A stretch of 64,000 nucleotides of DNA from an uncultured Enterococcus sp. (GCF_913775425.1 NZ_CAJYIS010000039.1:754-64753), one strand, 5' to 3'; shown: positions 11,501 to 20,557, numbered from the stretch's first letter. Made by a program: numbers and translations. The notes: generated by a model from the letters alone, not told the origin.

Positions 11501-11809
11501 TAGGTCGACTGTCCAAAACCAAGTATCTTTTTCGCCTAGAGCAAAGCGCACTTGATACGTTATTCCTTGTGCTTCACCAGTCCAGTAGAATGCTTGTTCA
11601 CTTTTTGAAAACTGACTCGCAGCTGTCGTACCGATCAAGGGGATGATCGTATAAGGTTGTTGATCTTTGATTCTCAGATATACTTGCGTTACACTGCCGT
11701 CTAATGGTGTGCTGTATAATTGATTGATCATGATGTCTTCATGCATCAAGCTGACTAATTCACCTGAATCTAAAAATTCAGCTACTAATTTCTTTTCTAA
11801 ATGTGGCAT
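8522..11809 (-). CDS. GH94 1,2-beta-oligoglucan phosphorylase (SOGP; often auto-annotated as cellobiose phosphorylase)
   Basis: 1095 aa; GGAAWGTRDV.QGP, ESHGDVIVWP, GDGDWDDTLQP, ENFGREIGLQYVHAH-like and GWRVYSSGPG motifs; size and LacI/GH3/ABC context match Listeria Lin1839. Confidence 0.85.
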   Translation of the reverse strand: MPHLEKKLVAEFLDSGELVSLMHEDIMINQLYSTPLDGSVTQVYLRIKDQQPYTIIPLIGTTAASQFSKSEQAFYWTGEAQGITYQVRFALGEKDTWFWTVDLTGEGQVIDVILGQDIGNAAKGAVRSNEAYMSQYVDHFVTKNQDQISITSRQNQPQNDQFPVVEIGGITPIVGFETDGYQFFGKAYEETNEPISLQKEVLDSKVYQYEFAYIALQSIEYTLTDTTTTCVFYGAFATDHPEAVTKPLYEPHAIKEIYAHLEDAPITTTFSHPVSYIGRPIVGRRLTTEEIDHRFPVKVKEEYLEDGEIGAFFTKNERHVVLKNKELAMERATGHILLSGIDLDVDHPVMSTTTYMYGLFNSQIVLGNTSMNKLMSNSRNSLNRLKHAGQRIYLKEADMWRMLTLPSAFEMGLNSATWYYQLADDCLKITTFTACENHQIKTVIESEAGKSYTFAITNHILMDAAEESPTYRLEQVEQQLTIKPSETSVITTKYPDLTYQITLDQSFTLTDETILVEGIAQTEQLVFVVQETNELTIDITGSLDGVTKTRELEFKVEEEAIVAKINELLNRFELFHDTVDVTSMNLLTRWYVLDMLIHYLSPHGLEQYGGAAWGTRDVSQGPTEFFLATNRLKVVASIITHIFENQFEDDGNWPQWFMFDRYEEQKADESHGDVIVWPMKVVADYLEKSGDFSILDKQISYTDRETFKKTQHSASLFEHLQKEIQYIEENFLPGTSLSCYGDGDWDDTLQPYDSRLKKYMASSWTVALTYQVTKKLGALLKDYRPEASHQLTTLSEQILADFNTYMLKDETIPGFVYMENQDEVEYMIHPTDQKTGIHYRLLPMTRSMIAEILTPEQVKTHLSTIKEHLYFPDGVRLMNRPAHYQGGVSHNFKRAEQAANFGREIGLQYVHAHIRFTEAMAKIGEANETWKGLNTINPIDLQKRVPNAALRQSNAYFSSSDGAFATRYDAQEHFDQLKTGEVAVKGGWRVYSSGPGIYLNQLITNVLGIRVFFDHYVFDPVLPEELDGLRLNYRIADKDVTFVYHLGSKESKVVIDQHVITTSREANPYRLGGFAIPVQTIEETIKNQSIIEIYC

Positions 11810-11833
11810 CGTCTCTTCCTTTCTTGATCCAAG

Positions 11834-13984
11834 TTATTTGAGCATGAAGCTGGCTCTTTGACCTTCTTGACTATTCGGTGCGATCCAAGCATGAAATTCT
11901 CCTGGCTCAGTCGACCATTCTTGATTGGCATGGACATAGAATAGATCATTTGTCGTAAGTTCAAAGCGAACAGTCTGAGTATCTTGTGGTGCAAGATCGA
12001 TCTGTTTGAATCCTTTTAATTCACGAACCGGACGAACGACTTTACCTACGACGTCTTGGATATACAGTTGAACCGTTTCTCTGCGTGCATAATCACTATG
12101 GTTTGAGATCGTGGCTTCGATCACGATCGGCTCACCAAGTTCAACAGTTTCTTGATGGACGATCGTTTGACTATACGTAACGTCGCCATAACTCAAGCCA
12201 TATCCAAATGGATAACGCGGTTGATTAGATGCATCTAGATATTTTGATACATATTTTTAATTTGGATCCCCTAAGTAAGGGCGTCCCGTGTTATCTGCAT
12301 TGTAAAAGACGGGCACTTGTCCGACATTTTCAGGAAATGACATACTTAAGCGACCTGAAGGGTTATACGCTCCAAATAAAATATCTGCCAAAGCATTCCC
12401 TGCTTCTGTTCCTAAAAACCATGCTTCAACGATCGCATCTGCTTCTTGGATTGCAATCAGATCAAGTGGACGTCCATTATATAACGTCACGATCAGTGTT
12501 TTTGCTACAGCTCTTACTTTGTGGAACAATTCGATTTGTGCTTGTGGTAAGCAAATATCTGTTTTACTTGAAGCTTCTCCGCTCATCCAATCTTCTTCAC
12601 CTAAAGCCAAGACTACGACTTCTGTTTCTTTAGCTAAAGCTACTGCTTCTTCGATCGCTTCTTTTGATGGTGTAAAATAATCGAACGCTTCATTGCCAGT
12701 CTTGATGTGATCACTATATTGTTGCATCCCTTGTGCAAGCGAGATTGCTTCTTCTTTTTTACCTTGCCAAGACCAAACACCCAGTACGTCATGAGATTTA
12801 GCAGCCGGACCTACTAGTGCGATCGTTTGTGGGGCTGCAAGTGGTAATGCTGCACGTTCATTTTTTAACAATACGATCGAACGACGGGCTACGTCGCGTG
12901 CGATCAAACGATGCTCATCAGATAGTACATGCTCTTTTTCCAATGCCTCATCTGCACCACGATAAGGATGTTCAAATAAACCTAAATCATTTTTCAATTC
13001 TAAAATACGTAAAACTGCTTCGTCTAGCATTGCTTCTGGTACGCTACCTTCTGCAATCAGCTCTTCTAGATAGCCAGTGTAGCAGTTCGTCATCATTTCG
13101 ATATCTACCGATGCATGGATCGCTAGACGTGCAGCTTCTTTTTGATCTTTGGCAACACCATGAGGGATCAATTCCTGAACAGCACCCCAGTCTGAGATCA
13201 CGACGCCATCAAAGCCAAACTCGCCACGCAATACATCACGAAACAGCCATTCATTTCCAGTCGCTGGAATACCATCTACTGTATTAAATGAAGTCATCAC
13301 TAATTTTGCACCAGCATCAAGAGCCGCTTTATATCCTGGTAAATACTGATCGCGTAATTGGCGTTCAGACATATTTACTGTATTGTAATCACGTCCTGCT
13401 AAAGCTGCACCATATGCGGCAAAGTGTTTGACACAAGCGGCTACACGCATGAAGTCATGTTCCAGATCATCACCTTGATAGCCTTTAACAAAAGCTTCTG
13501 CAAAGCGAGCATTTAAAAATGGATCCTCTCCAGTCGATTCCATCACTCGTCCCCATCTTGGGTCACGCACTAGATCGACCATTGGTGAAAACGTAACATG
13601 CAATCCAGAAACTGCAGCTTCTTTAGCAGATACTTCTGCCATTTGTTTAGCTGCATGTAGATCCCAACTGCTTCCTAGCCCTAATGGAATCGGAAAAATC
13701 GTTCGGAAACCATGGATGATATCTGCCATTAATAGTGTCGGAATATGTAGGCGATTGTTTTCCATATAGGTTTTTTGGACTCGGATCGCTTCTTTAGCGC
13801 CTGATATCCCTAATGTCGTTCCTGCATGATTGACAGTTTCTTGTGTGATATTTAATTGCGCCATCGGTCCGGTTTTGGCTTCGGCATGTTCTGAATAAAA
13901 ATCAGCTGCTAATTGCAGCAATTGATCGACTTTTTCTTTCATCGTCATTTGTGCGACTAATTCACGTAATTGTTCTTTTTTCAT
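11834..13984 (-). pseudogene. GH3 beta-glucosidase (sophorose-hydrolysing type) with in-frame TAA at 12257-12259
   Basis: ORFs 12257..13984 and 11834..12196 share one frame. Reading through gives GRPYLGDPN*KYVSKYLDASNQPRYPFGYGLSY plus an Fn3-like tail (716 aa total). ISDWGAV nucleophile and MSGEASS acid/base motifs present. Confidence 0.9.
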
Positions 13985-14006
13985 CTATTTTTCACCTATC
14001 TCTATT

Positions 14007-14759
14007 TTATTTTGTCTGCGTTACAGTAGCTACGAGCGGAAAATGATCCGATGGAAAACGTTGATCACATGAATCGGTCACACAACCCACTTTACTTACT
14101 GAAAAACCTTTCGCATAGATATAATCGATTTCCTCTAGATCAGACCATGCACGTGTATAGTCAAAATCTTGAAACGTGCCTTTTGGTCCATAATACTGTG
14201 ACGTCAGCTCTTTGACATCCGTAAACCCTTTCAATAACGTGTGCACCCGCTCATCAGGTAGCGCATTAAAATCACCTAGTAAAATCGTTTGATAGCGCGC
14301 GATCTTATCTTGTAACTCCTGTAACAAGACACGCATCCCTTCATAACGCGCACTTTCTGAAATATGGTCTAAATGTGTGTTGATGACTAGAAAAGGAGGC
14401 TCTTGCCCTTTTTGATACACGACCCACATCGCGATTCGCTTGCATCCAGCTTCAGGATGGATACTAGAGACATTTGGCGTATCAGATAACCAAAAGAATC
14501 CTTGATCTTTGATTGTAAAACACGGATCACTAAGTAACACCAAGCCTTCATCACTGCCGTCGCCTTCGCGTTCGTAATACGTCAGCGTATAAGGCAGTTT
14601 CATTAGGTCTTCTTTTTGATTTGGGCGTACTTCTTGTAACCCGATGATATCCCATTGATGAAAAGCCAGTAGCTCGCACACATGAAAAGCTCGCGCTGCC
14701 CAACTCCAATCCTGATCTTGCGTCGTGTCTAAACGAATATTATAGGTTGCAATTTCCAT
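14007..14759 (-). CDS. Endonuclease/exonuclease/phosphatase (EEP) family phosphoesterase
   Basis: TYNIR, GLQEV, NTHLDH, LGDFNA, IDYIY, SDHFP catalytic motifs. Confidence 0.9.
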   Translation of the reverse strand: MEIATYNIRLDTTQDQDWSWAARAFHVCELLAFHQWDIIGLQEVRPNQKEDLMKLPYTLTYYEREGDGSDEGLVLLSDPCFTIKDQGFFWLSDTPNVSSIHPEAGCKRIAMWVVYQKGQEPPFLVINTHLDHISESARYEGMRVLLQELQDKIARYQTILLGDFNALPDERVHTLLKGFTDVKELTSQYYGPKGTFQDFDYTRAWSDLEEIDYIYAKGFSVSKVGCVTDSCDQRFPSDHFPLVATVTQTK

Positions 14760-14765
14760 TCTTGT

Positions 14766-15680
14766 TCACTCCTGCGTGATTTGGTTGATTTGGTTGATCT
14801 CTCGTACGGTTTGCGCCATTGCGCCACCTTCATGTCCTTTTTTCCAGTAGACTCGTAATGTTTTTGGTGCCGTGATCTTATGGTAAGCAGGTATAAAATC
14901 CTTCATTGGACAAACCGGATCATGACTAGCAACACTGATACTGACCGGACAAGTAATCAAATCAGCGAGATACTGTAAATCAAAATAACTTAATTCGTGT
15001 TCGATTTGCGTTTGTTGATGTGGATAGTAATCTAAAAAGCGCCCGATCACACCATACGATCCCGTTTTTTCGCTTACACGATGTTTGATATTTGAGTGGC
15101 TTGGCACATCTGCAAAAATCCACTTAGGAATATTTGGCAATAATGCTCCTAACAATAAAACAACTCCACCACCTTGAGAAGCTCCACGAAATATGATCTG
15201 TGTTTGATCAAGTTCCTCACGTGTCGTCGCAAAATGTACCAAACGCAACTGATCAGCTAACAAGCGTTTAAAATAAAAGTCCTCATGCTCTAAGATTCCT
15301 CTTCCAAAAGGTTCAGGGTGACTTGTCGTATGATACGGTGCTTGATCAAGCGTCTTCCCACCTTGAGCGCGATTGTCGATCACAAGACAGGCATATCCCA
15401 TTTGGGGCCAGTGACTAAATTGAAACGGATCTTCGATTTTATTCCAGTAGCCTAAACTTTCAATAATCACCGGCACCACTTTGTCAGTTTTAGGGCGTAA
15501 ATACAGTCCATGGATCACTTCTTGATAAAGACTGGTGAATTGTAAAGCAAATACTTCAATCTGTTCATCAAGTGCTGGTAATGAAGTGAGCGTATAGTTT
15601 GGTTGGATTTCAGCTAGCTCTTTTTGAACAGTTTTCCAAAATGCTAAAATCTCACTTTGTGTTGCCGTCAACGTCATCAC
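14766..15680 (-). CDS. CE7 acetylxylan esterase / cephalosporin-C deacetylase family esterase
   Basis: D.RAQGG, G-A-S-Q-G-G-G nucleophile elbow, DPVCP and GHEGG (Ser-Asp-His triad). Confidence 0.85.
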   Translation of the reverse strand: MMTLTATQSEILAFWKTVQKELAEIQPNYTLTSLPALDEQIEVFALQFTSLYQEVIHGLYLRPKTDKVVPVIIESLGYWNKIEDPFQFSHWPQMGYACLVIDNRAQGGKTLDQAPYHTTSHPEPFGRGILEHEDFYFKRLLADQLRLVHFATTREELDQTQIIFRGASQGGGVVLLLGALLPNIPKWIFADVPSHSNIKHRVSEKTGSYGVIGRFLDYYPHQQTQIEHELSYFDLQYLADLITCPVSISVASHDPVCPMKDFIPAYHKITAPKTLRVYWKKGHEGGAMAQTVREINQINQITQE

Positions 15681-16272
15681 GCTCCTCTTTGACTATTACG
15701 CGTCTAAAAAAGAATACTTGCAAATAGGCGATCGCTCCGGTTCCAATACAAATGAATAAGTAAAGATTGATCTTATTGAGTACAAGTAACCCGATTACGG
15801 GTAGCACCAATAAAATGATGGCATTTGCCGTACTACTTAAAACAAAATAGATACTTTCTTTAGCTGTTTGTTTTAAATCAAAAGAATAAAGACTGTCGAT
15901 CAAGATAAACATCATCGAATACAAGGTAGCAAATGTAATCAAAATAATCGACAAGATACTTAGATACGTAGAGATCTCCATCAAGCTATAGACGATGCCC
16001 AATACGATCACTGTATAAGCGACAAGTAGACCGTCTAGCGCTAATCCACGTTTAAACTGGGTTTTAAATACAGTCCAATATGTTTTGATGGTTGGAATAT
16101 CCCGTTCCTGATACAAACGATCACACGTTTGATAGAGTGCAATCAAAGCAGGACCGAGTAACACGATAGTCAATGCGGGAAATAAGAACAAGAAACTTAA
16201 TAACACCAAATCGGCTAGAAAAGAAAATACACGATAGTACCATCCTTCGTATGCAAAAAATTTATTGATCAT
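15652..16272 (-). CDS. YesL/DUF624 family membrane protein
   Basis: N-terminal F..LADLVLL...GPALIALY and YW..FK..FK pattern typical of ABC-associated YesL proteins. ATG 16272 preferred over TTG 16281. Confidence 0.8.
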   Translation of the reverse strand: MINKFFAYEGWYYRVFSFLADLVLLSFLFLFPALTIVLLGPALIALYQTCDRLYQERDIPTIKTYWTVFKTQFKRGLALDGLLVAYTVIVLGIVYSLMEISTYLSILSIILITFATLYSMMFILIDSLYSFDLKQTAKESIYFVLSSTANAIILLVLPVIGLLVLNKINLYLFICIGTGAIAYLQVFFFRRVIVKEERDDVDGNTK

Positions 16273-16280
16273 CCTAAACA

Positions 16281-16319
16281 AAGAGGAAAGGATCCGAATC
16301 GCTCCATCCCTTTCCTCTT
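16281..16319 (-). other. Intercistronic stem-loop after the solute-binding-protein gene
   Basis: AAGAGGAAAGG...CCTTTCCTCTT perfect 11-bp stem with no strong U-tract. Confidence 0.7.
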
Positions 16320-16342
16320 CTTCCCGCCTTTCTATCTATTGA

Positions 16343-17950
16343 TTATTTTAATTTCTCTCTATTTTCTTGCATTTTTTCTGATTTCACTTTCTTCACAGCA
16401 TCCCATTTGTTATTGTCTAAGAACGTTTTGAATTCATCTAACGTACTATCGAAAGCTTTTTCATCTTTCGCACGGATCAAGGAGATGACCGTACTATTTA
16501 ATTTTGTTTCGATCGCACTATTTGAACGCGCTTCTGCCGTACCTGCATCTGGATTGATATTTTCAACGATAAAGTGTGGTTTCAATTTACCAACACCCCA
16601 GTCTTGCATTTGTGTTAAAGCATTGTCTGTTTTGACTTTCATTGCATTGACACGGTCATTATTGAAGTAGTTGAAACGGCTGATTCCATATTTTTTGTTA
16701 TACGCGTCATTATCTGATTTTTCTAAGTCTTTGACTTCTTGTAAGTAATCAATCTTGCCGTCTGCATTGTATTCATACGTGACGCCTTCAACTCCGAATT
16801 TAGTCAAGATTTGGCCTTGTTCATCGATTAGGTACGTAAACAATTGTGTTACTTTCGCTGGATCTTTTGCATCTTTAGTCACGTAGTTGATCAACCAACC
16901 TGAGATACCTGTTTGATTCAAGGTTGCTTCACGGCCACTTGTACTTGATGGTCCATCGATCGCAATATATTTCGTACCTGAATTTTTACTAAATTCAGTA
17001 AAGTTTCCACCTTGACCACTTGTTCCTGCAACTAGCATTGTAGCGTATTTCCCTTGTTTTACTTTTTCATCAAATGTTGGACCATCATCAGTGAAGCTAT
17101 CATCACTGATTTCACCTTTACGGTAAACTTCATTTAACGTACGTAACCATTCGATATACTCTTTATCTACGTTACGATCGTAGTAGTTGCCATCTTCATC
17201 TTCTAACGGTACACCTAAGAAGTCTTGCAATTTATCTAAGAATGGGCCTGCTTTATCACCGACAGTCGTAAAGCCAAATGGTGTCATATCTGGGTATTTT
17301 TCACTGATCTCATTCATCACTTTTTTAAAGTCTTCTGGAGTAGATACACTTGGTTTGCCTAGTGCTTCATAGACATCTTCACGAATGACAAAGTTATCAT
17401 TGACTGGGATATTGCCACTATCGTAATCTGCTTGAGTATTTGAGTAGTTTGGATAACCATACGTTTTTCCATCATCTAATGAATACCATTTGAAAGTATC
17501 TTGATTGGCTACTTCTAAAAGATAAGGATCATATTCTTTGGCTAGATCGTTTAATGAATAGGCCCAAGAATTTGCTTTTTGTGCTGCTTGACTTGATTTA
17601 TCCATCAACGTTACGATATCTGGCATGTCCCCACTTGAGATCATCGCGTTTAATTTTGCGTCATCTCCAGATAAAAATTCGATATCGATATTCAAATCTT
17701 TTTTGATTTGAGCTGTCGTTACATCTTTCCCAAATGGTAAGCTTGTCCAATCTGAATTGATATACCAACGAATTTTCGTTGTTTCTTTTTTCGTGTCTAA
17801 TTTCCATGCTGGTTGTGTTTTGTCTAATTCATAACGATCTTTAATCGAAAAATCTGGTGTCGCAGACTCTTTTTTATCCCCACTGCCACAAGCAGCCAAA
17901 CCTAAAACAGCAACCCCCAACATCATCCCGCTTAAAACTTTTTTCATCAC
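16343..17950 (-). CDS. Carbohydrate ABC transporter solute-binding lipoprotein (LplA-like)
   Basis: Lipobox LAACG; KLNAMISSGDMPDI; 535 aa. Confidence 0.9.
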   Translation of the reverse strand: MMKKVLSGMMLGVAVLGLAACGSGDKKESATPDFSIKDRYELDKTQPAWKLDTKKETTKIRWYINSDWTSLPFGKDVTTAQIKKDLNIDIEFLSGDDAKLNAMISSGDMPDIVTLMDKSSQAAQKANSWAYSLNDLAKEYDPYLLEVANQDTFKWYSLDDGKTYGYPNYSNTQADYDSGNIPVNDNFVIREDVYEALGKPSVSTPEDFKKVMNEISEKYPDMTPFGFTTVGDKAGPFLDKLQDFLGVPLEDEDGNYYDRNVDKEYIEWLRTLNEVYRKGEISDDSFTDDGPTFDEKVKQGKYATMLVAGTSGQGGNFTEFSKNSGTKYIAIDGPSSTSGREATLNQTGISGWLINYVTKDAKDPAKVTQLFTYLIDEQGQILTKFGVEGVTYEYNADGKIDYLQEVKDLEKSDNDAYNKKYGISRFNYFNNDRVNAMKVKTDNALTQMQDWGVGKLKPHFIVENINPDAGTAEARSNSAIETKLNSTVISLIRAKDEKAFDSTLDEFKTFLDNNKWDAVKKVKSEKMQENREKLK

Positions 17951-17972
17951 GATCCCTCTTTCTAAAATGTTT

Positions 17973-18857
17973 TTATTCTTTTACTGCACCAGCCATCATG
18001 CCGCCGATGAAGTGTTTTTGTAATAATGGGTAAATGACTAAAATCGGTACTGTAGTAATGACGATCGTTGCCAATTGGACTCCTCTAGTGGTCGCTTGTA
18101 CGACATAGTCGGTACTTCCGCTATCGGTCAACGAACTTAAATTCGATTGGACGATAATCTCATAGATCTTCATTTGTAAAGGATAAAGCGATTGTTTCGT
18201 AACGTATAATTTGGTTGTCATAAAGTCGTTCCATTGGCCCACACCATTAAATAAGATGATCGTAGCTAATGCTGGTTTGGTCAATGGTAAGAAGATCTTA
18301 TAAAAAATTTGGAACTCACTCGCACCATCGATCTTCGCTGACTCTTCTAATGACGGTGGGATCTCTCTAAAGAAGTTCATCAAGATCACGACATCATAGT
18401 AACTAAATAAGGCTGGAATAATGTACACCCAAAATGTATCAAGTAACCCCAATGATTTGATCAAGAGGTAAGTCGGGATCATCCCACCACTAAAGTACAA
18501 GGTGATGACACCCATCGTGGTATAGATACTTCTGCCGACCAAGCGTTTTTTACTTAGTCCATATGCGACTACCGCACAAAATAAAGTATGCGTCAACGCC
18601 CCGATGACTGTTTTTAACACTGAGATCATAAACGCTCTAGGAATACTAGAATCGGAAAACACACGACGATAATTTTCTAAAGTGAACCCCTTAGGCCATA
18701 AGACAAGTCCGTTACTGGCTAAACCTGAACTGGATGAAAATGAGGAAACCAGGATATTCCAGACTGGAACGATGATCACTAAGGAAAATAAAATCAAGAT
18801 CAACGTATTAAAGAAGTAAAACCACTTGTTTTCTTGCTTTCGTTTTTTTAACACCAA
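17973..18857 (-). CDS. Carbohydrate ABC permease (LplC/YtcP-like)
   Basis: EAA motif SLEESAKIDGASEFQIFYKIFLPL; WNDF...LYPLQ. Confidence 0.95.
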   Translation of the reverse strand: MVLKKRKQENKWFYFFNTLILILFSLVIIVPVWNILVSSFSSSSGLASNGLVLWPKGFTLENYRRVFSDSSIPRAFMISVLKTVIGALTHTLFCAVVAYGLSKKRLVGRSIYTTMGVITLYFSGGMIPTYLLIKSLGLLDTFWVYIIPALFSYYDVVILMNFFREIPPSLEESAKIDGASEFQIFYKIFLPLTKPALATIILFNGVGQWNDFMTTKLYVTKQSLYPLQMKIYEIIVQSNLSSLTDSGSTDYVVQATTRGVQLATIVITTVPILVIYPLLQKHFIGGMMAGAVKE

Positions 18858-18866
18858 AGTCCCCTC

Positions 18867-19778
18867 CTATAAGATAACTGATTTTCCGTCGTTCATTTTG
18901 CGTGTCACACGGTCAGTAATGACTAATAAAATTACAGAAATGATCGATACACCAAGTCCAACTGCGGTAGCATATGAGAAGTCTCCTTGAACTAGACCCA
19001 TTTTATAAACGAACGAATTGATTACTTCTGAACGATTTTGGTTTTGTGAGTTCATCAATACTAACGTTTGATCTAGGTTTGACCCTAGGATTCCGCTTAC
19101 ATTTAAAATCAAATTTAATGAAATGATTGGAGTCAATAAGGGCAATGTGATCTTTCTGATTTGAGTGATTTTAGTTGCACCATCGATTCGTGCTGCTTCA
19201 TAAAATGTCGGGTCTATTCGTGACATCCCTGCTAGATACAAGATCGTCCCCCAACCTACTTCTTTCCATAAATCAGATAGTACTGCGATCCACCAATATT
19301 CGTTAGGATTTAATAAGTGATTGACACCTTTATCCATCAATCCCATCGACATAAAGATTTGATTGAAAAATCCATCTGTTGATAACCAAGAAATCATCAT
19401 CCCACCTAATACGATCCAAGAAAAGAAATGGGGAATATATGATACGGTTTGAATAAATTTCTTTAAACGACCATCGCTCATTTCAAAGATCATGATCGCT
19501 AAGATGATCGGAATGAAAAATCCTAAGCCTAACTTCAACAAACTGATGGCCATCGTATTTCTTACGGCCTCCCAAAAGAAACTATCTTGCATGATGATTT
19601 TAAAATTCTCTAATCCGACCCATTCCGCAGATGAAATCGTATCGACGACCGTATAATTTTTAAAGGCGATGATGATTCCATAAATCGGAATATAGTTGAA
19701 GACGATCATGAATGCGACCCCTGGCAACACCATCCAATGTAGTTGCCTTTGATTATAGAACTCTTTCAACTTATTCAT
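18867..19778 (-). CDS. Carbohydrate ABC permease (LplB-like)
   Basis: YIPIYGIIIAFKNY, PHFFSW, WKEVGWGTILYLA, FYEAARIDGA motifs. Confidence 0.95.
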   Translation of the reverse strand: MNKLKEFYNQRQLHWMVLPGVAFMIVFNYIPIYGIIIAFKNYTVVDTISSAEWVGLENFKIIMQDSFFWEAVRNTMAISLLKLGLGFFIPIILAIMIFEMSDGRLKKFIQTVSYIPHFFSWIVLGGMMISWLSTDGFFNQIFMSMGLMDKGVNHLLNPNEYWWIAVLSDLWKEVGWGTILYLAGMSRIDPTFYEAARIDGATKITQIRKITLPLLTPIISLNLILNVSGILGSNLDQTLVLMNSQNQNRSEVINSFVYKMGLVQGDFSYATAVGLGVSIISVILLVITDRVTRKMNDGKSVIL

Positions 19779-19826
19779 ATATTTTTTCCTTTCTATCTTG
19801 CGATCAGATTCGTAGTGAAATCCGGT

Positions 19827-19922
19827 GAAACGTTTCTACAATTTGTAGTATAAATGCTCTAAATACAAAAAGCAAGCGTTTTCTTTATTTAATAATTCAA
19901 ATTATTAGTCGAAACGTTTCTA
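19827..19922 (-). promoter_or_regulatory. SigA promoter with two LacI-type operators and a cre-like site
   Basis: Minus strand TTGCTT (19870-19875), 17 nt, TATACT (19847-19852). GAAACGTTTCTA at 19827-19838 and 19911-19922. AGCAAGCGTTTTCT (19871-19884) overlaps the -35. Confidence 0.75.
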
Positions 19923-19941
19923 TAAATAGTTTTTCTTTACT

Positions 19942-19977
19942 AAAAAAAACCACTCGTGGATGTGTCGAGTGGTTTTT
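19942..19977 (-). terminator. Terminator after folT
   Basis: AAAAACCACTCG...CGAGTGGTTTTT. Confidence 0.8.
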
Positions 19978-19981
19978 CGAT

Positions 19982-20530
19982 TTATGAATTTAATTTTACA
20001 GCCGCACGTCGAACGATGCGATCAAGTGTTGTCACGCTACCAAAGAAGTAGACTAAACCAGTTTGGATCGGGAAAAAGATGACCGTTTTAAGTAAACGGG
20101 GTCCCCAGATCACCCAACTAAACAATGGTTGTCCATACATGATCGATAACCAAATCGGTGTCAAGCATAGATTGATCAATAACGTGATAGTCAACACACA
20201 CCCTAGTGCGCGTTTGAATGTGACTGGTTTTTGATAAAAGAACCAACCATAAATGACTCCAGCTAAAAATGCATTAAATGTGAAGCCAATAAAAAAGGAT
20301 GATTTCGCAAATAGTGCCATCCCTAAAAAGTCAGCTAACACACATCCGATCCCAGTCCATAAAGGACCAAACAGCATCCCCATGATCATAGTTGGAACAA
20401 ATGAAAAGCTGATCGTTAGAAATTGTGTTTCAATTCCCAACATTTTCCCGACGATCGCAATAAGCGCGATCAAGATTCCCATTAAGGCAATCATGCGGGC
20501 ATTTAATTTCTTGATATTCATTTTGAGCAT
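19982..20530 (-). CDS. folT: Folate ECF transporter S component
   Basis: Six-TM S-component pattern (ISFSFVPTMIMGMLFGP, GFTFNAFLAG, PRLLK) directly downstream of a THF riboswitch. Confidence 0.9.
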   Translation of the reverse strand: MLKMNIKKLNARMIALMGILIALIAIVGKMLGIETQFLTISFSFVPTMIMGMLFGPLWTGIGCVLADFLGMALFAKSSFFIGFTFNAFLAGVIYGWFFYQKPVTFKRALGCVLTITLLINLCLTPIWLSIMYGQPLFSWVIWGPRLLKTVIFFPIQTGLVYFFGSVTTLDRIVRRAAVKLNS

Positions 20531-20557
20531 CTCCTTAGCGAGTTGCTACACACGATA

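Noticed and set aside
14007-14759. EEP protein or TatD as an anti-phage nuclease system
   Set aside because: The EEP gene sits in a sugar operon and TatD in its conserved housekeeping context; no defence-island features.
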